Shown here: positions 1-9,920 of the stretch, piece by piece
How the letters are laid out: the number at the start of each line of letters is the position of its first letter
Numbering within the stretch: the stretch's first letter is position 1
DNA from: a virus
Strand: one strand, 5' to 3'
DNA: 64,000 nt
IMG/VR virus record: IMGVR_UViG_3300017917_003446
Coordinates: 51,473-115,472 of that record
The notes under the pieces: model-generated
What the model was told of the DNA's origin: nothing
The model's input: the letters and a program-made list of their open reading frames with translations, nothing else
Database searches by the model: none
Translations under genes and position numbers: made by a program

Positions 1-39
1 TCTGGAAGATTAACACATTTGTTCTTTTTTGATTAATTT

Positions 40-1308
40 ATGATAAATTATAGTTTTAGTATTATAACGCCAACACATAGTCCTAAAAATATTCCATTCT
101 TACTAGAATTATATGATAGTTTAAAAGAACAAACTTATTCTAATTGGGAATGGGTGCTGTTACTTAATGGTGATTTTTTTAATTTTCTAGTACCACCTAA
201 AATTTTAAATGATTCACAAGTAAAAGTTTTTAGAACAAATAGTGAAAATAACAATATTGGTTTAGTGAAAAATTTAGCTTTTGGACAAGCAATAAATGAT
301 ATACTAGTTGAAGTAGATCATGATGATATATTAACTGATAATTGTCTATTAGAATTAAATTTAGCTTTTCAGGATCAAAGTGTAGGATTCGTTTATAGTG
401 ATGATGCTATTTTACATCATCAAAATAACTTTATCCCTTATGATCCAGCATATGGTTGGACATACAGAAATTTTCATTGGAAAAATAAAGATCTAATTTC
501 AATGAATAGTTTTGAACCGTCAAGTCAAAGCCTTTCCTTTATTTGGTTCGCGCCTGATCACGTAAGAGCTTGGCGAAAAGAAATTTATAATAGTATAGGC
601 GGACATAATAAATCTTTATCAATTTGTGATGATCATGATATCATGATAAGAACATATCTACATACTAAATTTTTTAAAATTAATAAACCTCTTTACATAT
701 ATAGAATAACGGGTGATAATACTTCAATAGATCACAAAAATGCAGAAATACAAATTGAAACAAGAAAAATATTCAATGAATATGCAGTAGCTCTAGCAGA
801 AAAAGATGCTAAAGAAAAAAATTTATTAATGATAGACTTAGGTGGAGGAATTAATGCTAAACCAGGATATACTACTATAGATTTAGAAGATGCAGATATC
901 ATAGCAGATTTAAATAATGGGATACCTTTGCCTGACAACAGTGTTGGAATAATTAATGCTAGCCATGTCTTAGAACATCTAAGAGATCCTATTAAATCTA
1001 TGAAAGAAATTCATAGAGTATTAGTTCACGGAGGATGGGCATTTATTGAAGTACCGAGTACAGACGGTAGAGGAGCATTTCAAGATCCTACTCATGTAAG
1101 TTATTGGAATGAAAATAGTTTTTTATATTATACTGAAAAAAATATGGCCAGATTTATAAGAAATACTGATATAAGATTTTCCAAATTTAGGTGTGAAACT
1201 TTATTCCCTAATGATTGGATGAAAAGTATAAATGCAAGCGTTGTTGTAGCATGGCTATGTTGTATCAAAGATGATTCAAAAAGATTTCCGGGAATTTGGA
1301 ATATATGA
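40..1308 (+). CDS. GT2-family glycosyltransferase fused to class I SAM methyltransferase
   Basis: N-terminal FSIITPT...EVDHDD (GT-A DxD); C-terminal IDLGGG...SHVLEHL...VHGG methyltransferase motifs. Confidence 0.8.
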   Translation: MINYSFSIITPTHSPKNIPFLLELYDSLKEQTYSNWEWVLLLNGDFFNFLVPPKILNDSQVKVFRTNSENNNIGLVKNLAFGQAINDILVEVDHDDILTDNCLLELNLAFQDQSVGFVYSDDAILHHQNNFIPYDPAYGWTYRNFHWKNKDLISMNSFEPSSQSLSFIWFAPDHVRAWRKEIYNSIGGHNKSLSICDDHDIMIRTYLHTKFFKINKPLYIYRITGDNTSIDHKNAEIQIETRKIFNEYAVALAEKDAKEKNLLMIDLGGGINAKPGYTTIDLEDADIIADLNNGIPLPDNSVGIINASHVLEHLRDPIKSMKEIHRVLVHGGWAFIEVPSTDGRGAFQDPTHVSYWNENSFLYYTEKNMARFIRNTDIRFSKFRCETLFPNDWMKSINASVVVAWLCCIKDDSKRFPGIWNI

Positions 1309-1907
1309 AATATAAAATACCACCTTATGCTAATAAAAATGAAGGGTTACCTTATGTTGAATGGAAAAATGCTTTTAGTGAGGATGAAATAAAAAAAATA
1401 ATAAATTTGGGAGAAAATTTACCCCTTAATGATGCAGGAATAGTTCCAGATAAAGATAAAACTGTAGTTAATTTAGATTTTAGAAGATCTAAAACATCAT
1501 GGATTGACCCTAATAATCAAAGTGAATGGCTTTTTAGAAAAATAGCATTTTTAGTAAGAGAAGTAAATTCTGATTTTTATAGATTTGATATAGATGGTCT
1601 ATATGAAAGTTTGCAGTATACTATCTACAATGCCAGTGATAAAGGACACTATGATTGGCATACAGATATAGGAGTATATGGGTCGGATTCTGTTACTAGA
1701 AAAATATCTATGAGTTTACTGCTGACTAATCCTGACGAATTTGAAGGAGGTGATCTTGAGATTTGGGGATCTAGATATGTAGTTGCCCCTAAAGAAAAAG
1801 GAAATCCGATTTTTTTTCCATCATTTTCTTTACATAAAGTATCACCTATTACTACTGGTATTCGCAAATCTTTAGTAGTTTGGATAGGTGGTCCAGCATT
1901 TAGATAG
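1305..1907 (+). CDS. 2OG-Fe(II) oxygenase (prolyl-hydroxylase/PKHD-like)
   Basis: YDWHTD...FEGGDL...FPSFSLHKVSPITTGIRKSLVVW (HxD...H...R); ATG at 1305 overlaps upstream TGA. Confidence 0.85.
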   Translation: MKYKIPPYANKNEGLPYVEWKNAFSEDEIKKIINLGENLPLNDAGIVPDKDKTVVNLDFRRSKTSWIDPNNQSEWLFRKIAFLVREVNSDFYRFDIDGLYESLQYTIYNASDKGHYDWHTDIGVYGSDSVTRKISMSLLLTNPDEFEGGDLEIWGSRYVVAPKEKGNPIFFPSFSLHKVSPITTGIRKSLVVWIGGPAFR

Positions 1908-1922
1908 CCAAATTAGTACCCT

Positions 1923-1930
1923 TATAAATA
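1923..1930 (+). promoter_or_regulatory. T4-type late promoter TATAAATA
   Basis: Exact consensus 18 nt upstream of a virion gene; gp55 present in window. Confidence 0.8.
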
Positions 1931-1948
1931 TTGCTATAGGGGGAAATT

Positions 1949-2284
1949 ATGGCTGTTACATCTAATCTAGTAATAGATCAAGGTTCCAATTTTAGTATAG
2001 TTGTTAGATATTTAGACGATGACGGAACTGCAATTGATCTGACAGGGTACCAAGCACGATCTAAAATGCGCAGATCTTATTATTCTGCGAATGCTACCAC
2101 GTTTGGTGTGGATATTTCAGACCCAACTAATGGAAATGTTACAATAACATTAGATGCAAATACTACTGCTAATCTTAAAGCAGGTAGATACGTTTATGAT
2201 GTAGAAGTGGTCGCTAATGCCACTTACACTGTTACTAGAATAGTAGAAGGCACCATAACCGTTATGCCTGAGGTTAGTAAATGA
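1949..2284 (+). CDS. virion structural protein (baseplate/neck-associated, Ig-like)
   Basis: IDQGSNF...DLTGY...GRYVYDVEV...RIVEG pattern typical of T4-like structural proteins; late promoter upstream. Confidence 0.6.
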   Translation: MAVTSNLVIDQGSNFSIVVRYLDDDGTAIDLTGYQARSKMRRSYYSANATTFGVDISDPTNGNVTITLDANTTANLKAGRYVYDVEVVANATYTVTRIVEGTITVMPEVSK

Positions 2285-3162
2285 CAGTAATTTTAGCAAC
2301 CAAACCTAAAGCCGCGCAATTAGTTATTAATAAGGGCGGTGTTGCTGGTCCTCAAGGCGCACAAGGAGCCCCAGGCGCACAAGGCGCTACTGGTAGTATA
2401 GCAGGAATAACTACTGGAGTTATCGCAAGTACTTATGGTGGCACAGGTAATACTGCAGTGTTCTCTGTTGGTGCTAATGGGCAAATTTTATTTGCCACAA
2501 ATTCAGCTATTTCAACTAGTTTCACATTACAAGGTAACACTGGTTCTGACACTTTTAATACTGGTGATACATTAAGAATAGTAGGCGGTAATGGTATAAC
2601 TACTGCTGCTACCGATAACACGATATCTGTAGCATTAACTCAAAATTTAACAGTTAATGGTAGTTTAACTGTAAGTGGTAATCTTTATGTAGAAGGTAAC
2701 ACTACATATCTGAATACAACAACTGCAGTTATAGAAGATGCACTTATAAAACTAGCAAACAATAATATCGCTGACACTGTCGATATAGGATTTTATGGTC
2801 AATATCAAAATGGTGGAGTAAAATATGCGGGTTTGTATAGAGATGCTGCAGACAACAAGTTTAAGTTATTTACAGGTTTAGAAGTAGATCCATCTGATCC
2901 CAATTTAGTAAGTATTCCTGCTGCTGGTTATACAAGAGGTAAACTTTTAGCTGACGTTGAAGGCGGCACAGTTTCTGAACTAATAAGTCCCATCGCTGTA
3001 GAAGATGGCGGTACGGGAGCAGCAGTATTTACTTTGAATGGTATTTTATATGGTTTAAGTACAAGTTCTTTAGGATTTGCTACAGGTAGTAATGGTCAAG
3101 TTTTACAAATAGGTGATACCGGATCGCCTGTATTTGCCGTATTAGACGGTGGAGAATATTAA
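2281..3162 (+). CDS. tail fibre/whisker-like virion protein with short collagen-like segment
   Basis: G-X-Y run (GVA GPQ GAQ GAP GAQ GAT GSI), GNLYVEG, DIGFYGQY, C-terminal LDGGEY; directly upstream of gp13. Confidence 0.6.
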   Translation: MTVILATKPKAAQLVINKGGVAGPQGAQGAPGAQGATGSIAGITTGVIASTYGGTGNTAVFSVGANGQILFATNSAISTSFTLQGNTGSDTFNTGDTLRIVGGNGITTAATDNTISVALTQNLTVNGSLTVSGNLYVEGNTTYLNTTTAVIEDALIKLANNNIADTVDIGFYGQYQNGGVKYAGLYRDAADNKFKLFTGLEVDPSDPNLVSIPAAGYTRGKLLADVEGGTVSELISPIAVEDGGTGAAVFTLNGILYGLSTSSLGFATGSNGQVLQIGDTGSPVFAVLDGGEY

Positions 3163-3905
3163 TGTCTAATCCAACATCAAGACAGGGATTAATAGATTAC
3201 TGTCTAAGAAAATTGGGGCATCCCGTTATAGAAATAAACGTAGATGATGATCAACTTGAAGATCGTATAGATGAAGCTCTTGGATTTTATAGAGAGTTTC
3301 ATTATGATGCTGTAGAATTAGTTTATTTAAAACATCAAATAACACAAACAGATATAGATAATCAATACTTATCTATAAGTGACGCTGTTACAGGTGTTAC
3401 CAAAATATTTCCTTTTTCTAACAGGACAACAGGTATAAACATATTTGATATTAGATATCAAATTCTTATTAATGATCTTTACAGTTTAATGTCTACTGAT
3501 TTAATCTATTATTCTCAGGTAAGACAACATCTTGAATTAATTAATATGATGCTAATAGGGCAAAAGCCTATACGTTTTAATCGTCATATGAACAGACTAT
3601 TCATTGATATGGATTGGGAAGAGGATGTTGATGTAGGAGATTACATAGTTATCGAATGCTATCGAATTCTCGATCCTGATACTTATACAGATGTTTATAA
3701 TGATAGAATACTTAAAAAATATGCAGCTGCTTTAATTAAAAGACAATGGGGAGCAAATCTAAAGAAGTTTAGTGGTGTTCAATTACCCGGTGGTGTACAA
3801 CTTAATGGACAAGTGATATTCGATGAAGCAATGCAAGAAATAAAAGAAATTGAAGAAGAAACAAGGAATACTTATGAGCTTCCTGTTGATATGTTTGTAG
3901 GCTAA
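3162..3905 (+). CDS. gp13: neck protein gp13
   Basis: YCLRKLGHPVIEINVDDDQLEDRIDEAL and KRQWGANLKKFSGVQLPGGV motifs. Confidence 0.95.
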   Translation: MSNPTSRQGLIDYCLRKLGHPVIEINVDDDQLEDRIDEALGFYREFHYDAVELVYLKHQITQTDIDNQYLSISDAVTGVTKIFPFSNRTTGINIFDIRYQILINDLYSLMSTDLIYYSQVRQHLELINMMLIGQKPIRFNRHMNRLFIDMDWEEDVDVGDYIVIECYRILDPDTYTDVYNDRILKKYAAALIKRQWGANLKKFSGVQLPGGVQLNGQVIFDEAMQEIKEIEEETRNTYELPVDMFVG

Positions 3906-3926
3906 TATCATCTAGGCTCATAGAAG

Positions 3927-3955
3927 AGAATAACACCTTGTCTATACTTTGTCAA
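3927..3955 (-). promoter_or_regulatory. antisense sigma70-type promoter (TTGACA-N17-TATTCT, extended -10 TG)
   Basis: Minus strand reads TTGACA aagtatagacaaggTGt TATTCT in the gp13-gp14 gap, pointing into gp13. Confidence 0.55.
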
Positions 3956-3970
3956 TAGAAAAGAACAACA

Positions 3971-4720
3971 ATGGCAACCAATCATTATTTTCAATCAGGT
4001 ATACCAATGGGGATTCGGCCAGAAAGCCATCTCCACGAAGATCTAATAATTGAGTGCCTAAAAATTTACGGTTTCGATGTTTACTATCTTAATAGAGAAT
4101 CAGTAAATGAAGATTTAATTCTTAACGAAGATCCTTTGAATAAATTTACCAGCGCATATCAAATTGAAATGTATTTGGAAAATGTAGATGGATTTGGTGG
4201 CGATGGTGATTTGATGACAAAGTTTGGTTTGGAGCTTAGAGATACTGCCACATTTATAGTATCAAGAAGAAGATGGGATTTGGAAATAGGTAGAAGTGGA
4301 AATGCTATTTTATCAAATAGACCATCTGAAGGCGATCTTATATATTTTCCATTAACTAAATCCTATTTTGAAATTAGAAAAGTTGTAGCAACTAATCCGT
4401 TTTTCCAAGTGGGACAATTGTATGTCTTTAAACTAGAATGTGAATTATATCAATACAGTTCTGAAGAAATTAGTACTCAAGATTCTACTATAGATGATAA
4501 CATTACAGAACATTCATTGAATATTAGTGATTATGAAATTTTGTTAGAAGATGGTTCAAATTTACTATTAGAATACGAAGTACATTCCTCACTAATAAGA
4601 GAAGAATATAATTTAAGAGTAATAGATGTAATATCTGACAATGAAAACTTTGAAACTAATATATCAGATATTTTAGACTTTACTGAACGTAATCCTTTTG
4701 GTGAGGTCCATAATGCTTGA
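3971..4720 (+). CDS. gp14: neck protein gp14
   Basis: IIECLKIYGFDVYYL, IEMYLENVDGFGG, RPSEGDLIYFP, DFTERNPFGE. Confidence 0.95.
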   Translation: MATNHYFQSGIPMGIRPESHLHEDLIIECLKIYGFDVYYLNRESVNEDLILNEDPLNKFTSAYQIEMYLENVDGFGGDGDLMTKFGLELRDTATFIVSRRRWDLEIGRSGNAILSNRPSEGDLIYFPLTKSYFEIRKVVATNPFFQVGQLYVFKLECELYQYSSEEISTQDSTIDDNITEHSLNISDYEILLEDGSNLLLEYEVHSSLIREEYNLRVIDVISDNENFETNISDILDFTERNPFGEVHNA

Positions 4721-5462
4721 TAAATTTTATCATAGTACAATTCGTAAATCCATTATAGCTTTTGGTAATATGTTTAATAATATTACCATAGATAGAAAAA
4801 ATTCTAGTGGTGCTGTAGTACAATCGTTAAGAATACCTTTAGCATATGCCCCAAGACAAAAATTCTTAGCAAGAATAGCACAACAACCTGTAGTAGAGGA
4901 AACTAGTCAACAAGTAATATTGCCTAGAATGTCATTTGAAATGACTGGTATAATGTATGATCCTCAAAGACGAATTAGTTTGGTGCAGCAAAACAGATCA
5001 TTAAATACTTCAACTACATCTTTGAATGCTCAGTATGCGCCTACTCCTTATAATATGAATTTGAGTTTATACATTTATTCTAAAAATCAAGATGATGCTT
5101 TACAAATTGTAGAACAAATACTGCCATACTTTAATCCAGATTATAATTTATCCTTTAAAGCTATTCCTTCCATGGGAATAACACATGATTTACCGATACT
5201 TTTAGAAAATATAACTTATGAAGATGATTATGAAGGAGATCTAAGTACAAGAAGATCTATTATATGGACTTTAAATTTTGTAATGAAACTAAACTTCTAT
5301 GGACCAATCAATAGACAAGGTATCATTAGAAGAGTGGATGTGGACACATATTCCGACGCAGAATTATCAAAACGAATTAACCAATACGATGTAACGGCAT
5401 CTCCAAGTACAGCGGTACCAGGAGATACAATAGATTTTGTTGAAAATTTTGAGGACTTCTGA
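4713..5462 (+). CDS. gp15: tail sheath stabilizer/completion protein gp15
   Basis: FYHSTIRK...FGNMFNNI...PLAYAPRQKFLARI...LPRMSFE...QILPYFNP; start set at ATG 4713 after GAGG. Confidence 0.95.
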   Translation: MLDKFYHSTIRKSIIAFGNMFNNITIDRKNSSGAVVQSLRIPLAYAPRQKFLARIAQQPVVEETSQQVILPRMSFEMTGIMYDPQRRISLVQQNRSLNTSTTSLNAQYAPTPYNMNLSLYIYSKNQDDALQIVEQILPYFNPDYNLSFKAIPSMGITHDLPILLENITYEDDYEGDLSTRRSIIWTLNFVMKLNFYGPINRQGIIRRVDVDTYSDAELSKRINQYDVTASPSTAVPGDTIDFVENFEDF

Positions 5463-5875
5463 TGAAGAATATGGAAAATTTAAATGCTCTATTTAATATA
5501 GAGCCGACTCAAACCACGGCTTTAGTATTGCCTTCTTCAAATAGAGAAGATGATAAGGATGATGACTATCAACTAGCAAGACAAACACTTCGCAAATTAA
5601 TTATTAAAGGTGAAGATACTTTAGACGAGATGATTAATCTTGCTAAAAATTCAGAGCATCCAAGAACATATGAAGTTGCTGGACAACTAATTAAAACTAT
5701 GTCAGATGTTGCTAAAGATTTATTATCTTTACAGAAGCAAATTAAAGATATAGACACACCTTCAAAGAATCAAGGGCAGATAGGTAATCAAACAAATAAT
5801 GTTTTTGTTGGTTCTACAGACGAATTGCTTAAGTTGTTAAAGAAAGAAGACGGCAAAACAATTGAGCAACGATAA
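5462..5875 (+). CDS. gp16: terminase small subunit gp16
   Basis: DY..AR..L, EHPRTYEVAGQLIK, FVGSTDELLKLL. Confidence 0.93.
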   Translation: MKNMENLNALFNIEPTQTTALVLPSSNREDDKDDDYQLARQTLRKLIIKGEDTLDEMINLAKNSEHPRTYEVAGQLIKTMSDVAKDLLSLQKQIKDIDTPSKNQGQIGNQTNNVFVGSTDELLKLLKKEDGKTIEQR

Positions 5876-7568
5876 TCACTCATATAACGGCAATCCAAAT
5901 TTAAAGCCTATTGATTATGCTTTAAATTATACAATGGATCAGGTAAAGGAGATACTAAAATGCTCCGGTGATCCTATCTATTTCATAGAAAATTATTGTC
6001 ATATAGTATCATTAGATCAAGGCCTTGTTCTTTTTAAACTATACGATTGCCAAAAAGAGAAAGTAGATACTATTCTCAATAATCGTAAAGTGATTCTAAT
6101 GGAAGGCAGGCAACAAGGCAAGACAATAACAGCTGCTGCTTGTATCTTATGGTATACATTGTTTCAATCAAGTAAAACTGTAGCTATCCTAGCTAATAAA
6201 TCATCGTCTGCCAGGGAAGTGTTGCATCGTTATCAAATAATGTATGAACATTTACCTATATGGATGCAACAAGGCGTAAAGACTTGGAATAAGGGGGATG
6301 TTGAACTTGAAAATGGATCAAGAATAATTACTGCAGCTACAAGTTCTTCTGGTATTCGTGGTAAATCTGTGAACTGGTTATACATAGATGAGGCTGCTAT
6401 TATTCCTAATACTGTTGCTGAGGATTTCTTCACATCTGTTTATCCGACGATATCAGCAGGTGAAACTACCAAAATTCTTTTAACATCTACTCCTTTGGGT
6501 TATAATCATTTTTGGAAGTTTTGGAATGAAGCAGAACAAGGCAGAAACGGATTTACGCCTTTGTTTATTCCATACAGTAGAATACCTGGTAGAACTGAGA
6601 AATGGGCTGAAGAACAAAAAGCTATGTTAGGTGAACTTAAGTTTAATCAGGAAGTTTTATGTAGATTCTTAGGTTCATCGAATACTTTAATAGCTCCAGA
6701 CATTATTGGTAGAATGTCCGCTTTACCCTATATCCATTCTAAAGATGGTCTTGATATTATAGAAGAACCAATACGAACAGTAAAAGATCGTGAGGGCAAA
6801 TTGGTACATAAAGGTCATATCTATATCATTATAGCAGACACATCTAGAGGAGTTGGTGGAGATTACTCAGCATTTACTGTTATCGACATCACAGAATATC
6901 CATATAAAATAGTAGCAAAGTATAGAGATAATAATATAAACCCATTATTGTATCCCACGGTCATTGCTAAGGTGGGTAATGATTACAACAAAGCATATGT
7001 ACTAGTAGAGATTAATGATAACGGACAACAAATTGCTAACACTATGTATATGGATTTAGAATATGAAAATGTATTAGCTGTAGGATATGATGGTAAAAAC
7101 GGACAATACTTATCAGCAGGATTTAAATCTAATACTACACTAGGTATAAGAACAACAAAACAAGTGAAACGACTAGGTTGTGCTTTGTTCAAGGGTTTAG
7201 TTGAAAACAATAAGTTGTTAATTCATGATGCAGATATAATTTCAGAAATTTCTACATTTATAGAGTCCAAAGGTACGTATGCTGCAGACTTGGGGTATCA
7301 TGATGATCTTGTAATGACATTGGTATTGTTTGCTTGGGTCACTAACGAACTTTACTTCAAGGATATGACTAATAGTGATCTGAGATTAGAATTATATGAA
7401 AATCAAATAAGAGATATAGAAGATGAATTGACACCCTTCGGATTTGTAGATGACGGTATAGATGATCTGGCACCTGAATTAGATAAATTCGGAGGCGATC
7501 TATGGTTTCATAAAGACTTAAATGCTGAAATGGAAAAACTAAAACATAAATGGTTAGATAAAGTCTAA
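5862..7568 (+). CDS. gp17: terminase large subunit gp17
   Basis: Walker A GRQQGKT, YIDEAA Walker B, STPLG, DTSRGVGGDYSAF and HDDLVM nuclease motifs; TTG start. Confidence 0.97.
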   Translation: MSNDNHSYNGNPNLKPIDYALNYTMDQVKEILKCSGDPIYFIENYCHIVSLDQGLVLFKLYDCQKEKVDTILNNRKVILMEGRQQGKTITAAACILWYTLFQSSKTVAILANKSSSAREVLHRYQIMYEHLPIWMQQGVKTWNKGDVELENGSRIITAATSSSGIRGKSVNWLYIDEAAIIPNTVAEDFFTSVYPTISAGETTKILLTSTPLGYNHFWKFWNEAEQGRNGFTPLFIPYSRIPGRTEKWAEEQKAMLGELKFNQEVLCRFLGSSNTLIAPDIIGRMSALPYIHSKDGLDIIEEPIRTVKDREGKLVHKGHIYIIIADTSRGVGGDYSAFTVIDITEYPYKIVAKYRDNNINPLLYPTVIAKVGNDYNKAYVLVEINDNGQQIANTMYMDLEYENVLAVGYDGKNGQYLSAGFKSNTTLGIRTTKQVKRLGCALFKGLVENNKLLIHDADIISEISTFIESKGTYAADLGYHDDLVMTLVLFAWVTNELYFKDMTNSDLRLELYENQIRDIEDELTPFGFVDDGIDDLAPELDKFGGDLWFHKDLNAEMEKLKHKWLDKV

Positions 7569-7579
7569 AACCATTTATT

Positions 7580-7587
7580 TATAAATA
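7580..7587 (+). promoter_or_regulatory. T4-type late promoter TATAAATA
   Basis: Exact consensus upstream of gp18. Confidence 0.8.
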
Positions 7588-7637
7588 AATAGTAATTTAG
7601 TTTGGCATGAAAAGTTAAAATATACAAGGAGAACAAG

Positions 7638-9323
7638 ATGGCATTTCAGCTTTCACCAGGCGTGCTAGTAACTGAAAAGGACCTTACATCGATCGTCCCA
7701 ACAGTTTCTACTACTGCTGGCGCATTCGCTGGCGCCTTTCAATGGGGTCCTGTAGACGAGGTTACATCTATTGATTCTGAAAATAGATTGGTGGAAGTAT
7801 TTGGAAAGCCAAATGATACCACATTTCAATCATTCTTTACAGCAGCAAATTTTTTATCTTATGGTAACAACCTACAAGTTATCCGTGTTGTAAACAAGGC
7901 AACAGCTAAAAACGCTATATCAAATACATTAGGCGCAGCGCAATTAATTACCAATGAAGATAGTTACGTCGCTACTTATGCTTCAGGTAATGTTTCTTTG
8001 GGTGTTGCTATAGCAAAATATCCCGGTACACTTGGAAATTCTTTAAAAATATCTGTTGCAGACGGCGCAACTTATTCTGGCTGGAATTATGCTACAAATT
8101 TTGATTCTGCTCCTAGTACATCCACTTTTGTCTCGGCAGCAGGTGGTAGACATGACGAAGTACATGTTATAGTTATAGATGAAGATGGGGTTTGGACCGG
8201 CACAGCTGGAACTGTTCTCGAAAAATTCCCTAACGTATCTAAAGCATCAGATGCTAAGAAATTTGATGGATCTACTAATTATTACAAGAATGTTTTAAAT
8301 AATAGTTCTAAATACGTATGGTGGGGTTCACATCCAACTGATCTTACTAGTAATAACTGGGGGTCAGCATCCACAACGACATTTGGTAATTTAAATGCAA
8401 ATGTTCAAGTTTCGCTTGCTAGTGGCGTATCCGCTGATTCCTTAACAGATGGTAATTTAATGTCTGCCTATGCGGAATTTGCTAATGACGAATTGTATGA
8501 TGTAAGTTTAGTTCCATTAGGTAATGTAAGCACCACTGTAGCAACTTATGTAATTAATAATGTTTGCGAAATAAGAAAAGATTGTATAGCTTTTGTTTCT
8601 CCTGACCAGTCCCAAGTAGTAGGTATTACAAGCAATTCTACACAAACTACAAATATCACAGGATATAGAGATTCCTTACCATCAAGCTCGTATGGAGTAA
8701 TGGATTCAGGATTTAAGTATCAGTTTGATCGTTACAACGATGTTTATCGTTGGGTCCCAGCAAACGGCGATACAGCAGGTACAGTTGTGAGAACAGATTT
8801 TACAACAGATCCTTGGTTCTCTCCTGCAGGCTTCAATAGAGGCCAAATTAAGAATGTTGTTAAATTGGCATACTCACCAAGACAAACAGATAGAGATACT
8901 CTGTATAAGAAAGGTGTAAATCCAATTGTAACATTCCCAGGACAAGGCACAGTATTATTTGGTGATAAAACACTATTATCTAAGCCTAGCGCTTTTGACA
9001 GAATCAATGTTCGTAGATTGTTTATTGTTCTAGAGAAGGCTATAGCAACTGCTGCCAAGTTCCAGTTGTTTGAGTTTAACGACGCCTTCACACGTGCGCA
9101 GTTTCGTAATTTAGTTGAACCTTTCCTTAGAGATGTTCAAGGTCGCAGAGGTATTACAGACTTTAAAGTAGTTTGCGACGAAACTAATAATACAGGTGAG
9201 GTGATTGATAGAAACGAATTTGTTGCAGACATTTTTATTAAGCCTGCACGTTCTATTAACTTTATTCAACTTAACTTTATTGCGACACGAAGCGGTATTA
9301 GTTTTGAAGAAGTTGGCGCATAA
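7638..9323 (+). CDS. gp18: tail sheath protein gp18
   Basis: SPGVLVTEKDLT, WFSPAGFNRG, FDRINVRRLF, FIKPARSINFI. Confidence 0.97.
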   Translation: MAFQLSPGVLVTEKDLTSIVPTVSTTAGAFAGAFQWGPVDEVTSIDSENRLVEVFGKPNDTTFQSFFTAANFLSYGNNLQVIRVVNKATAKNAISNTLGAAQLITNEDSYVATYASGNVSLGVAIAKYPGTLGNSLKISVADGATYSGWNYATNFDSAPSTSTFVSAAGGRHDEVHVIVIDEDGVWTGTAGTVLEKFPNVSKASDAKKFDGSTNYYKNVLNNSSKYVWWGSHPTDLTSNNWGSASTTTFGNLNANVQVSLASGVSADSLTDGNLMSAYAEFANDELYDVSLVPLGNVSTTVATYVINNVCEIRKDCIAFVSPDQSQVVGITSNSTQTTNITGYRDSLPSSSYGVMDSGFKYQFDRYNDVYRWVPANGDTAGTVVRTDFTTDPWFSPAGFNRGQIKNVVKLAYSPRQTDRDTLYKKGVNPIVTFPGQGTVLFGDKTLLSKPSAFDRINVRRLFIVLEKAIATAAKFQLFEFNDAFTRAQFRNLVEPFLRDVQGRRGITDFKVVCDETNNTGEVIDRNEFVADIFIKPARSINFIQLNFIATRSGISFEEVGA

Positions 9324-9340
9324 TAAAGGGAGAAGAATAA

Positions 9341-9904
9341 ATGTCAACAACATTTAATGTTAATCAGTTTAAAGCAGCACTAGTTAATGGTGGTGCTCGC
9401 CCTAATCAGTTTGCTGTCCAACTTAGTTTTCCAACTTATGTTACCGGACAAGCAAATGCTGTTAGACGTGCACCATTTTTAGTTAACATTGCTGAGTTAC
9501 CAGGTCAGACTGTAAATCCTGCAATTGTTCTTTACAGAGGCAGAGAGGTAAAATTTGCAGGCGATAGAGTTTTCGCACCTTGGACTATTACTGTTCTAAA
9601 CGATGCAGACATGTCTATTAGAAATTCATGTGAGCAGTGGATGAACGGTATGGATGATCTTGTATCAAAGATCGGAAGATTAAATCCTGCAGAATACCAA
9701 AGAGATTTGGATATATTCCAATTAGACAGAAATGGAAATATACTAAAAAGCTATAAATTAGTTAGTGCGTTTCCAATAGATGTTTCTCCTGTAGGATTAG
9801 ATTTTGGCGCCAATGATACCATTTCATCATTTTCAGTAACATGGCAGTACCAGCATTTTACGACTTCGCAAAATACTGGTTCTTCATTTGCTTTACCATT
9901 TTAA
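9341..9904 (+). CDS. gp19: tail tube protein gp19
   Basis: GGARPNQF, YRGREVKFAGDRVFAPWTITV. Confidence 0.95.
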   Translation: MSTTFNVNQFKAALVNGGARPNQFAVQLSFPTYVTGQANAVRRAPFLVNIAELPGQTVNPAIVLYRGREVKFAGDRVFAPWTITVLNDADMSIRNSCEQWMNGMDDLVSKIGRLNPAEYQRDLDIFQLDRNGNILKSYKLVSAFPIDVSPVGLDFGANDTISSFSVTWQYQHFTTSQNTGSSFALPF

Positions 9905-9920
9905 TAGTTGAATTTATAAT

